NCBI GenBank assembly: GCA_963663235.2
Contig: CAXXNO010000001.1
Coordinates: 1-64,000 of the forward strand
Reading direction: 5' to 3'
Source of the DNA: Dehalococcoidia bacterium
GTDB taxonomy: Bacteria > Chloroflexota > Dehalococcoidia > Bin125
Length of the DNA: 64,000 nt
Within the stretch, counting starts at the first letter, position 1. Each line of letters begins with the position of its first letter. Below, piece after piece: positions 39,276 through 48,652 of this stretch. The notes under the pieces were generated by a model that worked only from the letters and a program-made list of their open reading frames with translations, made no database searches and was not told the origin of the DNA. The position numbers and the translations under genes were made by a program.

Positions 39276-40153
39276 ATGACGAGATTGCCGAGTAGTCGCC
39301 CAGGTCAGCCACACAGGCGGCGGCGGAGGCTCTCGCGCCGGGCCGCGCTGCTCCTCGGCGCCAACCTCGGCATCGGCGCCGCCGCGCTGGCCCTCGTCGG
39401 CTGCAGCAGCGACGACGATGACCAGGCCACTGCCGCGCCCAGCGCTCCAGAGCCCGCCCCGGAGCCCGAGGCCCCAGCCGAAGCCCCCGCCGAGCCGGCC
39501 GCCCCCCGGAACCCCAGCCCGAAACGCCCGTCGAGCAGGCCCTCCCTCCGGAGCCTGAGGCGCCGACCCAGCCACCCCCTGAGGAACCCGTCATCCAGGA
39601 GCCTCCCCCAGAGCCCGAGCCGCAAGCCGAGCCTCCCCCCGAAGAGCCGATGGATCTACCGGAGGAGCCACCGGAGGCCCCAGCGGAGCCGGCGGCGCCG
39701 GCCTTCGTCGTGATCACGGCTGTGGCGCTGGGCGGCGCGGCGGGGAGCGTGACGCTCACCAACTTCGGAGGCGAGCCGCAGAACTTGGAGGGCTGGTTCC
39801 TCTGCCAGTTTCCCGACTACTGGCCCTTCCCCGCGGTCGAACTCGGCCCCGGCGAGCGGATCGACATCTCCGCAGCGTCGGGAGCCGACACCGCCTTCAG
39901 ACTCTTCTCCAACCAGGCCTACGGCGCTCTCGACGGCGGGCAAGGCGAGGTGGCGCTGTACTCCGACGGCCAGTTCGCCGATCCAGGCTCGATCCGCAGT
40001 TACGTCGCCTGGGGCGGCGACAGCCAGCGCACCCAGGTCGCCCGCGACGCCGGCATCTGGGGCGCCGACAATCTCACCGCCAACGCAGGCGATATCATCG
40101 CCCGCACCGGCGGCGGGATCGGCGCCGACGGGTACCAGGTGGTCGGCGGCTGA
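39276..40153 (+). CDS. Paralogous Tat lipoprotein (frameshift near 39507)
   Basis: LSRRAAL plus LVGC in ORF 39228-39713; homologous domain (GWFLCQFPDYW, GEVALY, YVAWG, RTQVARDAGIWG) in ORF 39650-40153; joined by adding one C in a C run. Confidence 0.7.
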
Positions 40154-40251
40154 CGGTAACCCCCCAACGAAGCGGGAGCGCGAAGCGGCGTCTCTCTCGC
40201 CGCGTCCGTGATCGCGCCGCCAGTTCCGCATTAGCATGCGCGCAACCAGCG

Positions 40252-40914
40252 ATGACAACACCCGAGTTGCCCTCCACGCGTCTCATCTTGGTGCGACACG
40301 CCCAGGCGGGCGGTCGGGGCCAGCCCTACGGCCCCGATGCGCCCCTGACCGACGCCGGCCGCCGGCAGGCCGATCTCCTGGCTGCGGCGCTCGCCGAGGA
40401 CGACATCGCCACCGTTTTCTCCAGCCCCTACCGGCGGGCACAGGACACGGCCGAGCCGCTGCGACGCCGTCTCGGTCGCTCCCTGGACACCGACGAGCGC
40501 CTCGCGGAGTTCCGCGTCAGTCCCGACGATCGACGGACCATCGAGGAGATCGTGGATGAGCTCCGCCACCTGATGCTATGGCGCCCGCACGATCAGGACG
40601 GGCCCGGCGGCGAGACGCTGGCCCAGTTCCAGCAGCGCGTGTCCGCCTTCATGGATGAGGCGGCCCGCCGCTCCGCGCCCGGAGCGGCGGTGATCGTCGC
40701 CCACTCGGGCACCATCGCCGCTGCCATGCGCTGGGCCTACGGCCTCACGCCCCAGCACGACTGGCACTCCGACGTGGAGGTCTACAACGCCTCCATCACC
40801 GAGATCCGGTACTGGCCGCAGGGACGCCATCCGGAGGGCGCTCCCTACGCCGCCGCCATCCGCCGCCTCAACGACGTCCGGCATCTCCCGCCGGACCTCG
40901 TCACGCAGTTCTGA
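40252..40914 (+). CDS. Histidine phosphatase family protein
   Basis: LILVRHAQ, LT..GRRQA, SSPYRRAQDTA, VAHSGTI, NASIT. Confidence 0.9.
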   Translation: MTTPELPSTRLILVRHAQAGGRGQPYGPDAPLTDAGRRQADLLAAALAEDDIATVFSSPYRRAQDTAEPLRRRLGRSLDTDERLAEFRVSPDDRRTIEEIVDELRHLMLWRPHDQDGPGGETLAQFQQRVSAFMDEAARRSAPGAAVIVAHSGTIAAAMRWAYGLTPQHDWHSDVEVYNASITEIRYWPQGRHPEGAPYAAAIRRLNDVRHLPPDLVTQF

Positions 40915-40962
40915 AGGCCGCCGCCTTGGCGCAAGCCCCCGGCCCGGCGGTATCCTGAGCCC

Positions 40963-41865
40963 ATGGACGCGCTCACCTTTCGCGAGCACCCTGAGCTGCG
41001 CAAGCCCATCCTGGTGACAGCGTTTCTCGGCTGGAACGACGCCGCCGAGTCCGCCACCAACGCCGTGCGCTACTTGCGCCGCCTGCCCAACACTGAGCCG
41101 GTCGCCGACATCGACCCCGAGCAGTTCTTCGTCTTCACAGAGCAACGCCCGCAGATCCGCCTCACCAGCGGACGGCAGCGGGAGATCCTCTGGCCCACGA
41201 TTGACTTCACCTACAGCCGCTTGCAGACGGCGGACATCGACCTCGTCGTGGGCTTGGCGGCGGAGCCCCAATTGAAGTGGAAGCACTTCGCCGACACGGT
41301 GCTCACGCTCGCGCGCGATTTGGGCGTCAGTGAGTTGGTCACCCTGGGCGCCCTCCTGTCCGATACCCCCCACACCCGCCCGGTGCCCCTCACGGGCATC
41401 GCCAGCGACTCGGAGCGCGCGCTCGCCCTCGGCTTCCAGCCCTCCAACTATGAGGGCCCCACCGGCATCGTCGGCGTCCTCAACGACGCCTGCCGGCGGG
41501 CGGGCCTCCCCTTCGTCAGCCTCTGGGCCAACTGCCCGCACTACATCGGCGGCATCCACAACCCCCGCGCCACCCAGGCGCTGCTGCACAAGCTCAACGA
41601 GATCTACTCCCTGGGCCTCCGCCTCGACGACCTGGACGCCCGCGCTCAGCGCTACGAGGTGGAGGTGACCAACGCCATCAAGGACAACCCGGACGTCCAG
41701 GAATACGTCGGACGCCTGGAGGCCGCCGCCGAAGCGAATGAGACGCCGCCGCCCGCCGCCGAGCTGCGCAGCTCCGACATCCTGGAGGAGATCGATCGCC
41801 TCCTCAAGCGCAACGAAGCCGATGACGATCCCCCCAGCGGCACGCCTCCCCTCGAAGGCGGCTAG
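40963..41865 (+). CDS. PAC2 family protein (second copy)
   Basis: AFLGWNDAAESAT, IDPEQFFVF.EQRP, EPQLKW, PHTRP, YEGPTGI, WANCPHY. Confidence 0.88.
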   Translation: MDALTFREHPELRKPILVTAFLGWNDAAESATNAVRYLRRLPNTEPVADIDPEQFFVFTEQRPQIRLTSGRQREILWPTIDFTYSRLQTADIDLVVGLAAEPQLKWKHFADTVLTLARDLGVSELVTLGALLSDTPHTRPVPLTGIASDSERALALGFQPSNYEGPTGIVGVLNDACRRAGLPFVSLWANCPHYIGGIHNPRATQALLHKLNEIYSLGLRLDDLDARAQRYEVEVTNAIKDNPDVQEYVGRLEAAAEANETPPPAAELRSSDILEEIDRLLKRNEADDDPPSGTPPLEGG

Positions 41866-41883
41866 CGCCGTCGCCGTGCACGC

Positions 41884-42594
41884 ATGACCGACGCGCCCTC
41901 GCCCGACAACGACAGCCCCAGCGTCAACGAGCTGGAGGTCCGCGGCGTCATGATCGGCGTCTTCCAGGAGAACTGCTGGGTGGTGGGGAACCGGCGCACC
42001 CACGAGGCCGTCTGCATCGACCCCGGCGGGCAGCCCGATGACATCCAGCACATGGCCGCCGAGATGGGCATGCAGATCAAGATCATCGCCTGCTCCCACG
42101 CCCACATCGACCACGTCCTCGGCGTGCGCGAGCTGCAGGCCAAGACCGGGGCCCGCTTCCTGCTGCACCCCGCCGATCTCGAGATCCTGCGGGACGCGCC
42201 CGCCAGCGCCCAACGCTTCGGCTTCCAGATCGATCCGCTGCCGGAGCCGGACGGCCTCTTCCAGGACGCCGATCGCCTCCAGGTCGATGGCCTGGATCTC
42301 CAGGTGATCCATACCCCCGGCCACACGCAGGGCAGCGCCAGCTTCTACACCAACCAACTGCTCTTTAGCGGGGACACCCTCTTCCAGGGCAGCATCGGCC
42401 GCACGGACCTGCCCGGCGGCGACCAGCGCCAGGAGATGGCCAGCATCGTGGACAAGCTGCTGCGCCTGCCCGATGAGACCATCGTCCTGCCCGGACACAT
42501 GCAGCAAACGACCATCGAGGCGGAGCGGGCGCACAACCCCTTCGTCCTGATGGAGCTACAAGCGCGGGGCGCGGCCGATCCGTCGGCCCGCTGA
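41884..42594 (+). CDS. MBL-fold metallo-hydrolase (glyoxalase II-like)
   Basis: SHAHIDH, HTPGHT.GS, FSGDTLF.GSIGRTDLPGG, LPGH. Confidence 0.92.
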   Translation: MTDAPSPDNDSPSVNELEVRGVMIGVFQENCWVVGNRRTHEAVCIDPGGQPDDIQHMAAEMGMQIKIIACSHAHIDHVLGVRELQAKTGARFLLHPADLEILRDAPASAQRFGFQIDPLPEPDGLFQDADRLQVDGLDLQVIHTPGHTQGSASFYTNQLLFSGDTLFQGSIGRTDLPGGDQRQEMASIVDKLLRLPDETIVLPGHMQQTTIEAERAHNPFVLMELQARGAADPSAR

Positions 42595-42609
42595 GGCGAA
42601 AGGACTCCG

Positions 42610-43071
42610 ATGCCCTCCAAGACCGACGAGATCGCCCGCATCGACGCCGCCCGCGACCGTTTCCTCGCCGTCGTCCGGCCCGTGGACGATGCGCACGGCA
42701 CCTGGCAAGGCGCCTTCGGAACCTGGTCGCTGGTCAACGTCCTGCAGCACTTGGGCGGCTGGTTCAATGAGATGACCCCCGCCCTGGAGCGCCTCGCTCG
42801 TGGGGAGCGGCCCACGCCGGACGGCGTGGACTACTCGAACGACGAGCTCTGGAACGCCAAGTTCGTCGAGGTCGCAGGCGAGCAGTCCATGGCGGAAGCC
42901 ATCGCTTCGCTCGAATCCAGCCTGGCGGCGTTCCGCGCCGCCGTCGAGAGCGTGCCGGACGAACGATTCGGCGACAACAAGACGGCCAACCGGCTCGTCG
43001 ACGGGGTCGTGATCCGGCACTTCGACGAGCACGCCGAGGAGATCACCGAGTGGCTCGCCGGCTCGCACTAG
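42610..43071 (+). CDS. DinB-like four-helix bundle protein
   Basis: WSLVNVLQHLGGW...N......H..EHAEEI..W. Confidence 0.75.
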   Translation: MPSKTDEIARIDAARDRFLAVVRPVDDAHGTWQGAFGTWSLVNVLQHLGGWFNEMTPALERLARGERPTPDGVDYSNDELWNAKFVEVAGEQSMAEAIASLESSLAAFRAAVESVPDERFGDNKTANRLVDGVVIRHFDEHAEEITEWLAGSH

Positions 43072-43099
43072 CCGTCCCCGGCGGCGGAGCGCATCGCTG

Positions 43100-43570
43100 A
43101 TGGCGGACGACGAAAGCCTGTTGACCCCCGCCATGGAGGCGGTGATCGGTCAGGACGGCGAGCCCGCCGACGTCGAGATCGCGCGCGAGGTCGTGCGTCG
43201 CATGGCCGATGCGCTGGACGAGGACGACCCCGCCATCCTCGCCGCCATCAAGGGCGACGATCCGCGCGCCCTCGTGCCGCCCTACGCGCTGATCACCATG
43301 GTCTACTTCATGGAACAGATGAATATCCCGGACCTCCCCGGCCACGGCCTCCTCGCCGCCGACGAGTGGCGCTACAGCGCGCCGGTCCGCCTCGGCGACC
43401 GCCTCACGGTGGCCCCCCGGATCGCCGATATCCAAGAGCGCATCGGCGGGCGGGTGGGCCACTCGCTCTTCGTGCATCACGAGTGGACCTGCACCAACCA
43501 GGACGGGGAAGAGGTGGTCCGCGTCCGCCGCACCATCGCCTATTACCCCGAGCGCGGAGACAGCGAGTGA
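43100..43570 (+). CDS. MaoC-family dehydratase N-terminal-type subunit (hot-dog fold)
   Basis: VRRMADAL.E.DP, VPP, EWRY..PVRLGD.L, NQDGE.V. Confidence 0.8.
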   Translation: MADDESLLTPAMEAVIGQDGEPADVEIAREVVRRMADALDEDDPAILAAIKGDDPRALVPPYALITMVYFMEQMNIPDLPGHGLLAADEWRYSAPVRLGDRLTVAPRIADIQERIGGRVGHSLFVHHEWTCTNQDGEEVVRVRRTIAYYPERGDSE

Positions 43571-43986
43571 CCGCCCGCACGTACGATGCGATCAGCGAGG
43601 GCGAGTCCCTTCCGACCGTGCAGCGCACCCCGACGAACTTCACGGTGCTGAAGTTCATCGGCGCGGCCTGGCAGTGGGGCCCCCAGTTCTTCGATCCCCA
43701 GGTCGCCCATCGCATGGCGCTGGAGGGCCCCATCGTCCCCGGGCCGCTCAAGATCGCCTTCATGGAACAGTTCCTGCGCCGGTGGCTGGGCGGCGCAGGG
43801 ACGTTCCGGCACATCCAGCTGTCGCACCGCCGCCCCGACTACCACGACGCGGAGATGTCCCTGGGCGGCGCCGTCACCCGCAAGTACCAGGAGGACGGCG
43901 TCCCCCTGGTCGACTTTGAGATCTGGATCGACAACGCCCAGGGCGAGCGCTCCGTCCGCGGCATCGCCACCATCGCCTTCGACTGA
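43567..43986 (+). CDS. MaoC-like hot-dog fold protein
   Basis: YD.I.EGE.LP, D...A....L.GPIVPG, G.VTRKY, W.DN..GE; GTGA overlap with the previous gene. Confidence 0.78.
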   Translation: MTARTYDAISEGESLPTVQRTPTNFTVLKFIGAAWQWGPQFFDPQVAHRMALEGPIVPGPLKIAFMEQFLRRWLGGAGTFRHIQLSHRRPDYHDAEMSLGGAVTRKYQEDGVPLVDFEIWIDNAQGERSVRGIATIAFD

Positions 43987-43992
43987 CGCCGC

Positions 43993-45354
43993 TCAGGTCC
44001 CGCTCACCGTCAGCTGCGCCATACGGATCGTGGGCGCCGCGACCTGCCCGTGCCATTCCACGTCGTCGCCCACCATGTCGATCGATTGCAGCATCTCCTG
44101 CAACCGGCCGGAGACGTTGATCTCACTCACCGGCTCCGCCAGCTCCCCCTTGCGGATCCACAGCCCCGCCGCCCCGCGCGAGAAGTCGCCGGTGGTGAGA
44201 TTGATCCCGAACCCCATCAACGTGGTCAGGTACAGGCCCTCCACCACGCCGGCGATGATCTCCGCCGCCGTCGAGCTTCCCGCCTCCAGCGCCAGGTTGC
44301 TCGTCCCCACCGAGGGAAGCGTCCCCACGTCGCGCACGGCCGAGCCCGTGCTTCGGCGCCCTGTGCGGCGCGCGTTGTAGGTGTCGAAGAGAAAGCCGCG
44401 GAACACGCCGCGGTCGATCAGGGGGTTCCGGCGCGTCGCGATGCCGTCGCCGTCGAACGGCATCGAGGCGAGGCGCGCGGGCAGCGTGGCGTCATCGACG
44501 AGCGTCACGTGTTCGCCGGCCACCGCTTGCCCCTCGGCGTCGGCCAGAAAGGTGCTGCGACGGTAGAACGCCTCGCCGCTGGCCGCCCGGCCGATGGTCG
44601 CCACCAGGCTCGCCGCCATGCGCGGCTCCCACACCACCGGCACCACCTGTGTGGCGCATTTTCCCGCGCCCAATTGCCGCAGCGTTCGCGCCGCCGCCTG
44701 CCGGCCCACCTCTTCCGCCGCCTCCAGGCGGTGCAGCGACCGTGCGGCGCTGTACCAGTAGTCGTTGCGCAGGCCGCCGTCCTCTTCCGCCGCCATCACC
44801 TCGACGCCGAGCATGGCGGTGCTGCTCAGGTAGCTCCCGCCGAAGCCGTTGCTGTCCGCCAGCGCCACCTCCGCCACAGTGGTGCTGAACGATGCGCCGC
44901 CGCTGTTGCTGATCCGGGGGTCGGCGTCCAGCGCCGCCGCCTCGCAGGCCAGCGCCCTCTCGATCCGCTCCCCGGGCGCCAGCGCCTCAATCGCCTCGTC
45001 GTAGATCTGCAGGCTGTCCTGCCCGGACGCCTGATCGGCCGGGTCGGGCAGCCCCGAGTGCTCGTCCGGCTCGGAGATCGCCGCCAGCGCGATCACGTCG
45101 CGCACGGCCTCGTCCAGCGCCGCCTCGCTCAAGTCCGCCGTCGACACCACCGCCTGCCGCCCCCCGACGATCGCGCGCAGCCCCACCGAGCGCGACCCGG
45201 CTTCCAGGAGCTTCTCCACCGCCCGCATGCGCACCTGCACCGAGTTTTCGGTCCCCGCCACCACCACGGCATCGGCCTGGTCGGCCCCCGCGGCCCGCGC
45301 CTTGTCCACCAGCCGCTGCGCGATCTCGAGCGGGCGTTGCTGCTCCACCGTCAC
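43993..45354 (-). CDS. pmbA: TldE/PmbA family protein
   Basis: GADQADA, DPRI.N, PFDGDG, G.N..TGDFS.GA.G..I..GE...PV.E...SG.L, APT......VSG. Confidence 0.92.
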   Translation of the reverse strand: MTVEQQRPLEIAQRLVDKARAAGADQADAVVVAGTENSVQVRMRAVEKLLEAGSRSVGLRAIVGGRQAVVSTADLSEAALDEAVRDVIALAAISEPDEHSGLPDPADQASGQDSLQIYDEAIEALAPGERIERALACEAAALDADPRISNSGGASFSTTVAEVALADSNGFGGSYLSSTAMLGVEVMAAEEDGGLRNDYWYSAARSLHRLEAAEEVGRQAAARTLRQLGAGKCATQVVPVVWEPRMAASLVATIGRAASGEAFYRRSTFLADAEGQAVAGEHVTLVDDATLPARLASMPFDGDGIATRRNPLIDRGVFRGFLFDTYNARRTGRRSTGSAVRDVGTLPSVGTSNLALEAGSSTAAEIIAGVVEGLYLTTLMGFGINLTTGDFSRGAAGLWIRKGELAEPVSEINVSGRLQEMLQSIDMVGDDVEWHGQVAAPTIRMAQLTVSGT

Positions 45355-46796
45355 CGGACCTGCGTCCCCCCGACGGTCATCTGGGACACCAGCAGCGTGG
45401 GCACCCCGACCCCCACCGGCACCGACTGCCCATCCTTGCCGCAGGTCCAGCGGCCGTCGCTCAGCGCGAAGTCGTGGCCCACGCCGGTCACATTGCTCAG
45501 CGCGTCCGGCCCGTTCCCAATCAGGTTGACGTCGCGAATCGGCGCGGTGATCCGGCCCTTCTCGATGAGATACCCCTCGGTGACGGAGAAGACGAAATCG
45601 CCGTTGCTGATGTTCACCTGCCCGCCGGAGAACGATTTGCAATAGATCCCGTACTGCACCCGGCCGATCAACTCCTGCGGGTCGGACTCTCCCGCCGTCA
45701 TGTAGGTGTTGGTCATCCTGGGCATGGGAGCGTGCTTGAAGGTCTCCCGCCGCCCGTTGCCGCTCGGATCGGCCTGGAAGTGCCGCGCGCTGATCCGGTC
45801 CTGCAGGTACGCGGCCAGCACTCCGTTCTCGATCAGCAGGTTGCGCTTCGCCGGGTTGCCTTCGTCGTCGACGTTGATCGACCCCCGGCTGCTCGCGATG
45901 GTGGCGTCATCCACCACCGTGACCAGGTCGGACGCCACCGGCTGGCCCATGCGCCCGCTGTAGTTGCTAGTGCCCTTGCGGTTGAAGTCCGCTTCCAGCC
46001 CGTGCCCCACGGCCTCGTGCAGGAGGATGCCGGAGTCCCCGGCCGCCAGCACCACCGGGAAGACGCCCGCCGGCGCTTCTCGCGCCTCCTGTTGCAGCAC
46101 CGCCTGCCGCGCCGCCTCCTCCGCCAGTGACTCCGGCGTGTGCGCGTCGAAGTACTCCAGCCCCATGCGGCCGCCCCCGCCCCAACGCGCCTGCCGCCTG
46201 GAGCCGTCCCGGTCGGAGAGGCAGGTGACGCTGAAGCGCAGCAGCGGCTGGAAATCGGACACGAGCCGCCCGTCGCTAGTGGCGATCATGATCCGCTTCT
46301 CTTCATCCACGAAGCTGCAGTCCACCCGCACCACGCTGGGGTCATGACGCCGCGCCGCCGCATCCGCCCGCCGCAACAGTTCGACCTTGGCGTCCGGCGA
46401 CGCGGCCCTGCTGGGGCTGGGGACGGCGTAACGGTCGGCGTCGTAGTCCGTGGCGGTGACGTCGATGGGGCCGGGAGCGCCGCCGCCGGCGCTGATCTGG
46501 GCCGCCGTCTCCGCCGCCCGCCGCATCGCCTCCAGCGAGAGGTCCTCGCTGTAGGCGTAGCCCACGGCGTCTCCCTGCGCCACGCGGATGCCCACGCCCT
46601 GCGACAGCGCCGCCTGCGCCGACTTCACCCGCTGCTCTTCGTAGGAGATCGCCCCGGCGCGCCGGTGCTCGAAGAAGAGGTCGGCGAAGTCCCCACCCCG
46701 GCTCAGCGCCGTGGCCAGCAGGCTCTCCATCACGGCTTCGTCGATGCTGAAGCGGTCGTTGAAAAACTGTGCCGTCGCCGCGCTGGACTCCGCCAC
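45351..46796 (-). CDS. tldD: TldD metalloprotease
   Basis: GGDFADLFFE, LLHEAVGHGLEADFNRKG, GNGRR......PMPRMTNT, CGKDGQSVPVGVG.PT; GGAGGAGG RBS. Confidence 0.95.
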   Translation of the reverse strand: MAESSAATAQFFNDRFSIDEAVMESLLATALSRGGDFADLFFEHRRAGAISYEEQRVKSAQAALSQGVGIRVAQGDAVGYAYSEDLSLEAMRRAAETAAQISAGGGAPGPIDVTATDYDADRYAVPSPSRAASPDAKVELLRRADAAARRHDPSVVRVDCSFVDEEKRIMIATSDGRLVSDFQPLLRFSVTCLSDRDGSRRQARWGGGGRMGLEYFDAHTPESLAEEAARQAVLQQEAREAPAGVFPVVLAAGDSGILLHEAVGHGLEADFNRKGTSNYSGRMGQPVASDLVTVVDDATIASSRGSINVDDEGNPAKRNLLIENGVLAAYLQDRISARHFQADPSGNGRRETFKHAPMPRMTNTYMTAGESDPQELIGRVQYGIYCKSFSGGQVNISNGDFVFSVTEGYLIEKGRITAPIRDVNLIGNGPDALSNVTGVGHDFALSDGRWTCGKDGQSVPVGVGVPTLLVSQMTVGGTQVR

Positions 46797-46901
46797 GCTG
46801 GCCTCCTCCCGTTCCTCTTCTCCAGTGTACCGGGCCGCCTTCGGGCCCGATCGAGACAGGTCACCCGTCCCACGCCGAATGGAACGGCTGCACCATTCCC
46901 G

Positions 46902-47220
46902 GCGCCGCCCACCGCGCCATCCTTGGCTCGTAGAAGAAAGGGGAGTCACCGATGCTCACGTACTTCGATATGCAGACGCGCGCTCGCCATATCGAGATCC
47001 GGGCGTACCATCGCCCGACCGACCTCGACGAGCTCGACGAGCACGAACTGCACAGGCTCGAACTCGAACAGGCGCGCGAAGCCCTGGAAAAGATGTTCGA
47101 TCTGTCCGACCTCAACCCCTTCATCGCCTTCGCCGGCTGAGACCATGCGGGGCGCGCCGCCCACCGCACCATCCTTGGCTCGCATAAGAGGGGGAGGCGC
47201 CGATGCTCACGTACATCGAG
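46902..47220 (+). repeat. Direct repeat (~68 bp, two copies: ~46902-46969 and ~47154-47220) covering leader, RBS and MLTY start
   Basis: GCGCCGCCCACCGC(G/A)CCATCCTTGGCTCG is 28/29 identical between copies, followed by a purine-rich RBS and identical CCGATGCTCACGTAC. Confidence 0.85.
46952..47140 (+). CDS. Small acidic hypothetical protein (62 aa)
   Basis: AAAGGGGAG RBS; MLTYFDMQTRARHIEIRAYHRPTDLDELDEHELHRLELEQAREALEKMFDLSDLNPFIAFAG. Confidence 0.65.
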   Translation: MLTYFDMQTRARHIEIRAYHRPTDLDELDEHELHRLELEQAREALEKMFDLSDLNPFIAFAG

Positions 47221-47271
47221 AGGATGCTCTCTAGCATCCTCTTCTCCCCCGGCGGCGGGGGCGGCAGCTGA
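47203..47271 (+). CDS. 22-aa micro-ORF MLTYIERMLSSILFSPGGGGGS
   Basis: GAGGGGGAGG RBS within the second repeat copy; below the ORF-track cutoff. Confidence 0.45.
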   Translation: MLTYIERMLSSILFSPGGGGGS

Positions 47272-47368
47272 GACCGTACGGGGGCGCCCAGGCCGCGCCC
47301 CCGCGGCGAAACCCGCTATCATCGCGGGGCCCAGCGTCGGCCCAGCGATTCCGATGACGGGAGCCGCC

Positions 47369-47755
47369 ATGCCCCTCTCCCCCGACGACCGCCTGGCCAT
47401 CCTCGACCTCGCCGCCCGCTACAACCAGGCCATCGACGGCGGCGACGTCGACGGCTGGGTGGCCACCTGGACCGATGCCTGCGTCTTCGAAGCGCCCGAC
47501 GGCACGTTCGAGGGCCACGACGGCATGCGCACCTTTGCCAAAGGCTTCATGGAGCGCTTCCCCAACACCCGCCACTGGAACGCCAACCACGCCATCGACG
47601 GTGACGGTGACTCCGCCACCATGCACTGCTATCTGCTGCTCATCGGCGTCAAGGGCGGGCCCAAGCCGCTGGCCGCCGGTCGCTATGACGACGTCCTCAA
47701 GAAGGTGGACGGCGCCTGGCGCTTCCAGCGCCGCAAGATCGCCCTCGACAAGTAA
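47369..47755 (+). CDS. SnoaL/NTF2-like family protein (1 of 3)
   Basis: DRLAILDL.ARYN.AID, W..TWT.., RHWNAN, GRYDD.L.KVDG.WRF..R. Confidence 0.85.
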   Translation: MPLSPDDRLAILDLAARYNQAIDGGDVDGWVATWTDACVFEAPDGTFEGHDGMRTFAKGFMERFPNTRHWNANHAIDGDGDSATMHCYLLLIGVKGGPKPLAAGRYDDVLKKVDGAWRFQRRKIALDK

Positions 47756-47775
47756 TCATCTGGATCGAGTTTGCG

Positions 47776-48186
47776 ATGCCGCTGACCACGGCCGACACGC
47801 TGGAGATCCTGGACCTCATCGCGCGCTACAACCACGCCATCGACAGCGACGACGGCGAAGCCTACGCCGACACCTACACCGACGACGGCGTCTTCCAGTA
47901 CCCGCGCGGCAGCGCCCGCGGCCGGCGGGAATTGGCCGAGCTGGCCCACGAGATCACCACCAACATGCCGGGCGTGCGCCACTGGTCCAGCAACTGGATC
48001 ATCGAAGGCGAAGGGGACGCGGCCTCCATGACCTGCTACGCGCTGATCAAGGTCACCGATGAGGGCAAGCCCCGCTTGGTCGGCAGCGGTATCTACACAG
48101 ACACCCTGAGGCGGGTTGACGGCGCCTGGAAGTTCCAGCGCCGCGACATCGCCATCGACGGCTGGAGCTGGCCGCACTGGCCCTGA
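47776..48186 (+). CDS. SnoaL/NTF2-like family protein (2 of 3)
   Basis: LEILDLIARYNHAID, YTDDGVF, RHWSSN, G.YTD.L.RVDG.WKF..R. Confidence 0.85.
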   Translation: MPLTTADTLEILDLIARYNHAIDSDDGEAYADTYTDDGVFQYPRGSARGRRELAELAHEITTNMPGVRHWSSNWIIEGEGDAASMTCYALIKVTDEGKPRLVGSGIYTDTLRRVDGAWKFQRRDIAIDGWSWPHWP

Positions 48187-48202
48187 CGGAAGGAGCAACC
48201 CC

Positions 48203-48622
48203 GTGGGATTGTCGGCAGAGGACAAGATGGAAATCATCGAGCTGGTCGGCCGCTACAACCACGCCGGCGACGTCGGCGACGCCGACGCGTGGGCCGACAC
48301 CTTCACCGACGACGGTGTCTTCGAGTCCAAGCAGATCCGTTACGAGGGGCGGGAGACCCTGAAGCAGCTGGCCATCGACACCGTCAACGGCATCGAACAC
48401 CCCCGCCACCACACCTACAACTTCGTCATCGAGGGCGACGGCGACAGCGCCAACATGAAGTCCTCGATCACGGTCATGTCGGTCGCCCACGATCGCGGCA
48501 GCGCGCGCATCGTGGGCGTCGGCAACTACGACGACACACTCATCAAGGTCAGCGGCGCCTGGAAATTCCAGCGCCGCTTCGTGCGCTTCCTCTACTGGCA
48601 CAACCCGACCTGGCCGTCGTAG
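48203..48622 (+). CDS. SnoaL/NTF2-like family protein (3 of 3)
   Basis: EIIEL..RYNHA.D, FTDDGVF, RHHTYN, GNYDD.L.KV.G.WKF..R; AGGAG RBS plus GTG. Confidence 0.85.
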   Translation: MGLSAEDKMEIIELVGRYNHAGDVGDADAWADTFTDDGVFESKQIRYEGRETLKQLAIDTVNGIEHPRHHTYNFVIEGDGDSANMKSSITVMSVAHDRGSARIVGVGNYDDTLIKVSGAWKFQRRFVRFLYWHNPTWPS

Positions 48623-48652
48623 TCGCCTGGACCGCGACGCGGGGTCGCACCG

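Noticed and set aside
46902-47220. CRISPR-like repeat
   Set aside because: Only two copies about 250 nt apart, each containing an RBS and start codon; no cas genes.
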